Of a DNA stretch of 64,000 nucleotides, positions 28,308 through 35,057 are shown piece by piece; the stretch's first letter is position 1, and each line of letters begins with the position of its first letter. This DNA comes from a virus. A program made the translations under genes and the position numbers. The notes beneath the pieces were generated by a model that saw only the letters and a program-made list of their open reading frames with translations, had not been told where the DNA came from and did no database searches. Location: positions 1 to 64,000 of IMG/VR virus record IMGVR_UViG_2890901082_000001; one strand, written 5' to 3'.

Positions 28308-28730
28308 CTATCTAATTGCACTTCCTACCGTTGAAATACCTACACCTGCAGCCATTGCCTTTATTGCACGCTTTTCTTCTTTTGTGTAAGCATTCCATTT
28401 TGCTTTAAAGATGTTTTGCCCTGAATCCCTATTCTTTGTATAGCGCTCCTTATGTGCTTTTCTTGCATCGAGGTGTTGACCAAAACCTGCTCGGATAAAA
28501 TTCTGGCCTTCTTTTCTTCGCTTCAGGTAGTACTTATTCAGCTCGTCTCTTTGTGCCATCCCTAGGTACGCACTACCACCCGCTGTAGTTAATCCTCCCA
28601 CCACCTTTAGACCGGTAGCTACTCCTTTTCGGAAGTGGGATTTAATAGTTTTAGAATCTCTTTTGTGAGACTTTACAACAGAAACTCCACCGCCTTTATT
28701 TTTTCGATAATGTGATTTTACTGTAATCAT
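28308..28730 (-). CDS. KSHYRK-leader basic protein family, member 7 (140 aa)
   Basis: MITVKSHYRKNKGGGVSVVKSHKRDSKTIKSHFRK leader (three copies), then VVGGLTTAGGSAYLG segment. Confidence 0.75.
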   Translation of the reverse strand: MITVKSHYRKNKGGGVSVVKSHKRDSKTIKSHFRKGVATGLKVVGGLTTAGGSAYLGMAQRDELNKYYLKRRKEGQNFIRAGFGQHLDARKAHKERYTKNRDSGQNIFKAKWNAYTKEEKRAIKAMAAGVGISTVGSAIR

Positions 28731-29050
28731 CTGTGTGCTTTTTGTTTTTGTGCCTTAATTCCATCAGCTAGGATATTTATTCCATACTGACCATACTTTT
28801 TTACTGAAGGGATGACTGTATTATTTATCGTAGGAATCAGTTTACCTTTTCCGTGTGAGTATCCTAAACCAAGTAAAGCCCCTGTCTTTAGGTTGCTATA
28901 GAATCTCTTTCTCTTTTTTTCAGATTCAGAAAAAGGGTTGCCAATTACACGCGAAACAAAATGACTTCTGACAGTTGTTCTCTTGTGAGATTTTATGACT
29001 GAAACCCCACCTTTGCGTTTTTTACGAAAGTGACTTTTTACTATTGTCAT
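28727..29050 (-). CDS. KSHYRK-leader basic protein family, member 8 (107 aa)
   Basis: MTIVKSHFRKKRKGGVSVIKSHKRTTVRSHF leader, then GALLGLGYSHG segment. Confidence 0.75.
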   Translation of the reverse strand: MTIVKSHFRKKRKGGVSVIKSHKRTTVRSHFVSRVIGNPFSESEKKRKRFYSNLKTGALLGLGYSHGKGKLIPTINNTVIPSVKKYGQYGINILADGIKAQKQKAHR

Positions 29051-29301
29051 TTTTTTCTTGTATTAAATATTCCCTTACCTATACTTTCAGACAATGCGCT
29101 TGAAAATTCTGATGGTAACTTTTTTATGTCATTGCGTAGTTTGACTCCACCAGCTCCTAAAGCAGCTCCCCCCAAAAGTGCTGCTGAATGTGTAAGCTTA
29201 CTTTTATGTTTTTTAGCAAAGTCTGTAACTCGTTTTTTTAGTGATCGCTTATGTGATCTAACAAGCTTACCCCCACGGAAATGTGACTTGACCGTTATCA
29301 T
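29047..29301 (-). CDS. KSHYRK-leader basic protein family, member 9 (84 aa)
   Basis: MITVKSHFRGGKLVRSHKR leader, then ALLGGAALGAGG segment. Confidence 0.7.
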   Translation of the reverse strand: MITVKSHFRGGKLVRSHKRSLKKRVTDFAKKHKSKLTHSAALLGGAALGAGGVKLRNDIKKLPSEFSSALSESIGKGIFNTRKK

Positions 29302-29561
29302 ATTCGTAAGTGATTTTCATGTGAAACATTCGGGATCGATTGAGAAGGACTTTTTGAAGAAAATTCATCTCTTCTTTTTTGAAGCAAAGCACTTACATAA
29401 AAAATTCGATCTAGGAATTTTGCGTGAGGTAAGTGTCCTAAAATTGCTCGCTTTACAGGGCTAAATTTTCTAACAATAGAATGTCTAGATCTGAAGTGTG
29501 ATTTAACTACACTAACTCCTCCTTTTTTCTTCCTTCTGTAATGTGCTTTTACTGTTGCCAT
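29298..29561 (-). CDS. KSHYRK-leader basic protein family, member 10 (87 aa, divergent tail)
   Basis: MATVKAHYRRKKKGGVSVVKSHFR leader. No Gly-rich segment. Confidence 0.55.
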   Translation of the reverse strand: MATVKAHYRRKKKGGVSVVKSHFRSRHSIVRKFSPVKRAILGHLPHAKFLDRIFYVSALLQKRRDEFSSKSPSQSIPNVSHENHLRI

Positions 29562-29764
29562 TAAACCCCTCGTTTTACATACACCATCTTTCCAGATGCA
29601 GCACGAACTTTCTTACCCATTCCCTTGTTTGCTCTGGAGTAGCTTTTTACGTTTGAAGCTTTACGGGTATAACCTCGGACGGTTACTACTTTACCGTTTT
29701 TCATTTTTCGCTTGTGAACACCAACTTTGTTTGCTTGGCGTTTGTACATTCCGACTTTTTGCAT
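29561..29764 (-). CDS. very basic 67-aa protein, degenerate relative of the array family
   Basis: Repeated V-x-x-(K/Y)-(K/T)-R-K-like units (VGMYKRQ, VGVHKRK, VRGYTRK, VKSYSR). 1-nt overlap with member 10. Confidence 0.5.
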   Translation of the reverse strand: MQKVGMYKRQANKVGVHKRKMKNGKVVTVRGYTRKASNVKSYSRANKGMGKKVRAASGKMVYVKRGV

Positions 29765-29821
29765 GTCTATTTTCTTTTAAATCTTTGAGAAGTTTTTCAA
29801 TGAGTACCCTTATATGTTGCA

Positions 29822-30256
29822 TTAGATTGTAAAGTGATCAGCAAACAATTCTTTTGCGGACTGTTTTGATCCAGACTTTTTTCGCAACTTCTTCATGGCC
29901 TTCTTACCTTCTTTTGTATTCTTGCTCCAAGTGTCTGTTGGTTTGCTCATTTTCACTTTTTCAGAATCTACGATGTGACCCAATTCGTGCCTAAGAATCT
30001 TCCCAAAGTTCTCCCCGCTTTTGCCGATTTTATTTACATCCATGTTTAGCTCATGACTAACTGGCTTCATCTTTTTTTCATCGACTTTAGTAGCCACATG
30101 TGCAAGACTAGTACCCTCTGCCTTATGGTTTAGATTAACCTTTATAGGAGTTTGAATACCGTACTTGTTTTGAACTTCACGTACATGGCTTCTAACTGTA
30201 GCAAGTTTTCCGTTCTTCTTCTTGAAGTGAGATTTTACTCGAACAAATCTTCCCAT
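29822..30256 (-). CDS. array family member 12 carrying an HExxH zinc-metallopeptidase-like motif (144 aa)
   Basis: Leader MGRFVRVKSHFKKKNGKLATVRSHVR, then ILRHELGHIVDSE (HELGH). Confidence 0.7.
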   Translation of the reverse strand: MGRFVRVKSHFKKKNGKLATVRSHVREVQNKYGIQTPIKVNLNHKAEGTSLAHVATKVDEKKMKPVSHELNMDVNKIGKSGENFGKILRHELGHIVDSEKVKMSKPTDTWSKNTKEGKKAMKKLRKKSGSKQSAKELFADHFTI

Positions 30257-30987
30257 TATTTTCTGCTAAGGGGCGTATTATTCTTAGGGTTCAACCCTAA
30301 AGCAACTGCATTTTCGAAGTGTGCTTTTAGCTCTTTCCTGACTACTTCTTCAAGTTGCTTTTTCATGTCGGGCAACGTTTCATCCAAAGTGGGGCGCCAA
30401 TGGGGCATTCCATGTGGGCGTTGCTTAAAACCGTATTCTAATTGTAGTGCTAGCTTTGAGAGGGGTATTTTTGAACGGGGATGTTCGCCCTCTTTTATAC
30501 CAACTGCATAAAATCCGTCAGTATCACTTTTGGTTACTTCTAGTGAGTTGATATAAGATTCTGTATCTATGAGGGGGGTATTGGATTCAGAACCTCTTGC
30601 TGTTCGCTTTTTTAGTGTTGATTCGTTAAGCTCATATCCAAACTTGTTGCTTTGGAGATTTGCTTTAAGTTGTTTTATGTATGCTTCAGCATTAAGTTTA
30701 GAGACTTCTTTAAGTCTATCTTGTAGCTCTTTAGGCAAGTTAGCTAGTTCATTGCGCTCTTTCAAGCTACTAGCTATTTTTTCAACTTCTTTTTTTTCGG
30801 ATGCTTTAGAAAACTCTGTTTTAGTCGCCTCCGATTTCTTATGAAACGTTTCTTTTTCAGCTTTCGCTTCTTTTTTAAGTACTGTCTCTTTTGTACGAAA
30901 AAAGGTCTTTGTAAGCGATGAAGCTTTATCCAAAGACCTTTCCATATTCGAGAACAGTTTTTCAAGTGTGTGTAAAAAACTACTCAT
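30256..30987 (-). CDS. neck/tail-completion protein, HK97 gp10-like C-terminus (243 aa)
   Basis: LEYGFKQRPHGMPHWRPTLDE resembles the HK97 gp10 family core. K/E-rich N-terminal extension. Confidence 0.4.
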   Translation of the reverse strand: MSSFLHTLEKLFSNMERSLDKASSLTKTFFRTKETVLKKEAKAEKETFHKKSEATKTEFSKASEKKEVEKIASSLKERNELANLPKELQDRLKEVSKLNAEAYIKQLKANLQSNKFGYELNESTLKKRTARGSESNTPLIDTESYINSLEVTKSDTDGFYAVGIKEGEHPRSKIPLSKLALQLEYGFKQRPHGMPHWRPTLDETLPDMKKQLEEVVRKELKAHFENAVALGLNPKNNTPLSRK

Positions 30988-31420
30988 TGTATAACTGTTT
31001 ATTACTTTCTAGTTCAATTCGAATAGCCAAGCAAGAATTATATAGTTCATCCTCTAAAGTGATTTTCGGGGAGAAGTACTCTTTACCTAAAAATTCAACT
31101 CTGAGGTTTTTATTGTCAAGGCTAGTTGACCCTATTATTCGGTTTAATTGTATAGGAGAAATCATGATGTCTGCTGTAGAACTTGAAAATCTACCTTCCT
31201 CCCTACGCTCCTCTTGCTGTGATTGTTTGTTATATAAACAATTTATCGTATACGACTTTTCTACTACTTCTACTTCTCCAATAAAATTTTTAAATCCATT
31301 TTCTGAAGGAAGTGCTTTTCGTATATGAAGACGAACAGAAAAAGGGGAATTTTCAACCTCCTTATGCACTCTTGATTGAAGTGCTAAAAACCGCTGTAGT
31401 GTGAGAGAGTTTGTTATCAT
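30980..31420 (-). CDS. head-tail connector/head closure candidate (146 aa)
   Basis: Positional only. Confidence 0.35.
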   Translation of the reverse strand: MITNSLTLQRFLALQSRVHKEVENSPFSVRLHIRKALPSENGFKNFIGEVEVVEKSYTINCLYNKQSQQEERREEGRFSSSTADIMISPIQLNRIIGSTSLDNKNLRVEFLGKEYFSPKITLEDELYNSCLAIRIELESNKQLYNE

Positions 31421-32316
31421 TCGTTGAATATTGTATGCGATGGATCAAGAAGACCTCGTGTATAAGGAGAAAGCGTATATGGATACGAATCGAAATGAGC
31501 TAAATAATTCGAAGTCTTCTCTAATTGAGTATCACTAACCCTCAATACATCTGGTCTTAATGAAAAATCTTTATATCGTTGCTCAACTATACCTCTCAAA
31601 TGCAATTGCAGTCTATACCAAAAGCTAGACTCATCACCAAAAACGTTTTCACTGCCAATTTTTTCTATTCTAGCAAAATCTTGCGATGAAGGATTTTCTG
31701 ATAAAGATAGGTTGCCAATAGTAGCATTGACTGTCACATCCGTATTTACAGGATTTTGAGTTATTCCATTTTTTGTAACTGAAACATCTAATGACATTGT
31801 TGCTTTTTCTGCAACCCTTCTCTTCTCTAACAATCGATAAGCACACCAAGTAGCAAAGTGACCTACAGGAAAAAATCTACCAAGTTCGTCAAAGATTTCT
31901 TCTGTTGTAGTACTTAGTATCTGTACGTCATGCACTTCAATAAACCATGCTAATACTTCTGCAATCGTGCTTTCACTGAAGAAGTTTTTTTTATAAAAAG
32001 CATAAGGACTATCTATGCTAACATCAGATACTTGAACAAGGTCGCTACATAGATCCGTACTTGAATAAAAACTTGGCCCAAGAGACAGAACAATATCAGG
32101 AGCTTGAACAATGAGTACGTTTATCAAATCTATTACAGGAGTCTCAGGACTGAAATCCAGAATTAAATAGTCGCCACCCCCGTTTACAACTTTCAACATG
32201 TTGTCTGAGATTGTAAGAACACCTTCATTATGCTGTATATGTCCCAAATTTGTGACAAAACGATCATAAGAAAGTTCTCTTACTGATGTAATAAATTTCT
32301 GATACAACGTACTCAT
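31417..32316 (-). CDS. hypothetical structural protein (299 aa)
   Basis: Lies within the head-neck operon with 4-nt overlaps. Confidence 0.4.
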   Translation of the reverse strand: MSTLYQKFITSVRELSYDRFVTNLGHIQHNEGVLTISDNMLKVVNGGGDYLILDFSPETPVIDLINVLIVQAPDIVLSLGPSFYSSTDLCSDLVQVSDVSIDSPYAFYKKNFFSESTIAEVLAWFIEVHDVQILSTTTEEIFDELGRFFPVGHFATWCAYRLLEKRRVAEKATMSLDVSVTKNGITQNPVNTDVTVNATIGNLSLSENPSSQDFARIEKIGSENVFGDESSFWYRLQLHLRGIVEQRYKDFSLRPDVLRVSDTQLEKTSNYLAHFDSYPYTLSPYTRGLLDPSHTIFNE

Positions 32317-32323
32317 GTTTTAT

Positions 32324-32707
32324 CTATCTGCTAATGATCTGCACATGTCCTGAATAAGCGAACACTGAAGCAACATTCGAAGGTAATATGACAGCTTTAC
32401 CAACTTGGCTAGCTGTGATATTATAAGTCGTTTTACCCACAGTTGCCTTTAAAGGCTTGCGGACAAGAACCTCCGTTTCTCTTTTTACTTTAGGCTGTAC
32501 AACTGCACTCACAGGGCTTGCAATTGGTTTAGCTTCGTTTGATTCAGGAACAACGGGAACTGTATCCATAGAGACAGCTTCCTGTGCTAGAATTTCACTT
32601 TCTTTTTCAGCAATTTCTTTAAGAAGAGTTTCCTCTTTCTTAGACTTGTTTGGTTCTTTTCCAAACAGCTCCACGTACTTATCGGTTACTTCTTTAGCGA
32701 TACTCAT
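32324..32707 (-). CDS. hypothetical head-associated protein (127 aa)
   Basis: Immediately downstream of the major capsid gene. Confidence 0.4.
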   Translation of the reverse strand: MSIAKEVTDKYVELFGKEPNKSKKEETLLKEIAEKESEILAQEAVSMDTVPVVPESNEAKPIASPVSAVVQPKVKRETEVLVRKPLKATVGKTTYNITASQVGKAVILPSNVASVFAYSGHVQIISR

Positions 32708-32712
32708 GTGAA

Positions 32713-33696
32713 TTAATTAGTTACAATTTTTGCGATGTTTTTTTCTTCGATCAAGCCCGTACCCCAGATAGCATACCAAGCTAGACTTTTGATTCTTCCG
32801 AAATCACTAACACCCGATTCACGAATTTGTGGCATTAAACCCCAAGCATTACCATAAGCATTCTCGCCAAAGATAACTGCTTCGGATACTCTGTCAGAAG
32901 GAGCCGTTACTCCATACTTCGTTGCATAAGCAGCGGGATCATAAACAGGCATTTGAGTTGTCTCAAGGAAGACTACACCCTCATAAGTGCCTATTTCACC
33001 TGAAAAAAGTTGACGTGTACCAGCATATTTATTCGCCTCGATCCATCTTGAATCCTCGCGTAATTGCCTTAACTGCCTTGGAGATGCGATACATACGTAG
33101 TACTCTCCATTGAACTTAGGGGCATCATTAGAGGCTAATAGTTCAACTGCATCTAATACAGAATTTGAATCAAAATTATCTGATCCCGATAGTGATGCAA
33201 GATCGGCTTTACCACCACCATACAATACGTTTGGTGTAGATGTTACAATATCTCTCAACTCACTATCTAGAGTTTTTGCCATATCGTTTGAAAGAGCAAT
33301 AGTTGCCTCCTCAATCAAATCAAACATGGATACACGTAACTTAAACTCTGAGAGTGTTACTGCATTACCTTTCTCTTGAACCGTAATTCCAATTTCACTG
33401 GAACTAAGTGCTTGAGATGAAATTGTAGCGTGTTCATCCAATGTGCCACCACTAACGCCTAAATCATCAAAACGAGTGAAGATTACCTGCTTACCTGGTG
33501 CAGTCATTAAGTTTGTTTTCTCCTTAGCAAATTGAAGAAACTTCAGTCGTGGTTGTGCATGATATAAAAGCTCACGCGAGTAAACATCACGAACTGCTTG
33601 AGAAAGTACCGTACCATTTGTGCCTGGGCTTGTAGCGTTATACCCGCCTTGGATAGCAGAAGAATATGCTTGACCGTTACTATTAACGAAAGACAT
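32713..33696 (-). CDS. major capsid protein (HK97-fold type, 327 aa)
   Basis: Size. Position after the scaffold-like gene. The N-terminal region (AVRDVYSRELLYHAQPRLKFLQFAKEKT) is typical of capsid proteins. Own motif copy upstream. Confidence 0.7.
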   Translation of the reverse strand: MSFVNSNGQAYSSAIQGGYNATSPGTNGTVLSQAVRDVYSRELLYHAQPRLKFLQFAKEKTNLMTAPGKQVIFTRFDDLGVSGGTLDEHATISSQALSSSEIGITVQEKGNAVTLSEFKLRVSMFDLIEEATIALSNDMAKTLDSELRDIVTSTPNVLYGGGKADLASLSGSDNFDSNSVLDAVELLASNDAPKFNGEYYVCIASPRQLRQLREDSRWIEANKYAGTRQLFSGEIGTYEGVVFLETTQMPVYDPAAYATKYGVTAPSDRVSEAVIFGENAYGNAWGLMPQIRESGVSDFGRIKSLAWYAIWGTGLIEEKNIAKIVTN

Positions 33697-33705
33697 CTTA
33701 GATTA

Positions 33706-33717
33706 AATATTTGTGTG
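33706..33717 (-). promoter_or_regulatory. conserved upstream motif copy, 9 nt before ATG 33696 (capsid gene)
   Basis: aatatttgtgtg on the + strand. Confidence 0.6.
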
Positions 33718-33722
33718 TAGAA

Positions 33723-34679
33723 CTACCCTCCGTAATTCGCTGACATCTGCGCTCGTACTGATGCTAGAGCAGCTTCACGCACATTGGCGTATTCTGGAGA
33801 GTCCCCCCTCATACCTGGAGCGATCAGTTGGTTCTCGGTTGGTGTTGTGACAACGGACTGAACGGGCGGGTATGGGGCTTGCGCTTGAGGAGTCTGATAC
33901 ATTTGAGCAACAGATGGTTGCTGCGGTTGTTGTGGTTGAGCTACTGCTTGTTGTGTAGGTTGTGCAGTTGGCTGTACTCCTTGTTGCGGTTGTTGTGGTT
34001 GAGCGTTGTTGTACCTCGCTCTCGCCATTTTTGAGGCTTCAACTGAAGCATCGATTTCTTGAGGTGTTCCTCCCATGATCATTTCGGGAATGATCTGATC
34101 ACCGTATTCTGAAATCTTTTGCTGTCGGTAGTTCTCAATCTGTTGGTGCTGTACTGACTGTAGCGTTTGAGTAAGTGGGGCTACTGTTGCCTGTAAAATA
34201 TCATTTACTTTACTAGCTACGATTTGGTCCAAGTTTTGATTTGCAGCGGGGATTTGTTGTACTGTAGGAACAGTCTCTACCCCTTGCTGTGGTTGAGTCT
34301 GGTTGTGATTCTGAGGTTGTGGGGATTGAGGAGGCTGAACCTGTTGGTTAGTCGCAAGTTGAGATCTAAGATTGTTGACCGTATCATACATTCTATTTTT
34401 CTCTACTTGTCTTTGACTATTCAGATAAGCTTGAGCTTGATCTAAAGGAACAGCTTGGCCGTCGAGCATAATTGTTTGAACCTGTTGTGGCTGTGGCGGT
34501 GTTGGATTCTGTTGTGGTTGCGGAACTGTATGTGTCACGTTCTGCGAAGTGTTGCTTTGAATCTGTTGCTGAACCTGTTGGCTCGAAGCTGACGTTTGAA
34601 CAGGGGTAGTCCCTGTAGTCTGTACAGATTGTGGTGGATTAGGTGTTGCCGTGGGTTGTTGTGCTGTATTTTGTGACAT
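33723..34679 (-). CDS. Gln/Pro-rich low-complexity protein in the scaffolding position (318 aa)
   Basis: Lies between the portal and capsid genes. QQPQQ-type repeats flank a helical core. Confidence 0.4.
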   Translation of the reverse strand: MSQNTAQQPTATPNPPQSVQTTGTTPVQTSASSQQVQQQIQSNTSQNVTHTVPQPQQNPTPPQPQQVQTIMLDGQAVPLDQAQAYLNSQRQVEKNRMYDTVNNLRSQLATNQQVQPPQSPQPQNHNQTQPQQGVETVPTVQQIPAANQNLDQIVASKVNDILQATVAPLTQTLQSVQHQQIENYRQQKISEYGDQIIPEMIMGGTPQEIDASVEASKMARARYNNAQPQQPQQGVQPTAQPTQQAVAQPQQPQQPSVAQMYQTPQAQAPYPPVQSVVTTPTENQLIAPGMRGDSPEYANVREAALASVRAQMSANYGG

Positions 34680-34704
34680 GCTTTTGACTAATTATGCTAA
34701 AAGA

Positions 34705-34917
34705 TTATTTGTGATACTCAGTGTTCGGGTAGTGAACATTTGGGTTACGCAATTGTGCGTTCAATCGGCTTGATGCTTCAGGCTTAATGCTGTTTTCCAT
34801 CATGTGCTGATTTCCCAAAGGAGCCTTTACGTTATTCACGAATGCTCCCGAAGTTTTTTTACCATCAGCTTTCACTTTTGCCGCAAGTGAAGAAGCTGCA
34901 TCATATTCGTTTCTCAT
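34705..34917 (-). CDS. hypothetical protein (70 aa)
   Basis: ORF track. Motif copy 7 nt upstream of the ATG. Confidence 0.4.
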   Translation of the reverse strand: MRNEYDAASSLAAKVKADGKKTSGAFVNNVKAPLGNQHMMENSIKPEASSRLNAQLRNPNVHYPNTEYHK

Positions 34918-34924
34918 GACTTAA

Positions 34925-34936
34925 AATATTTGTGTG
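34925..34936 (-). promoter_or_regulatory. conserved upstream motif copy, 7 nt before ATG 34917
   Basis: aatatttgtgtg on the + strand. Confidence 0.6.
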
Positions 34937-34994
34937 GATTTTTTAGTCTTATAATACAAAGCTGACTAGTAAATTGCAGACCGTCAACAAGAAC

Positions 34995-35027
34995 TAAAAA
35001 AACCTTGCAAAAAAATTACAAGGCTTT
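34995..35027 (-). terminator. intrinsic terminator downstream of the portal gene
   Basis: The minus-sense RNA forms GCCUUG-loop-CAAGGU (one G-U pair) followed by U7. Confidence 0.5.
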
Positions 35028-35057
35028 AATGATCTTATATAAATTAACTTACTATGT

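Noticed and set aside
27527-29464. Plus-strand ORFs antisense to the basic-protein array (27527-27832, 28086-28280, 29030-29464)
   Set aside because: Their P/A/L/F-rich low-complexity products are what the reverse complement of Lys/Gly/Ala-rich genes produces. They have no start context and no conservation between paralog units, whereas the minus-strand frames share a conserved leader.
30774-30965. 63-aa hyper-basic alternative-frame ORF inside 30256-30987
   Set aside because: This is a frame-shifted reading of an A-rich, Lys/Glu-rich segment, so the K/R run is a composition artefact. There is no independent start signal.
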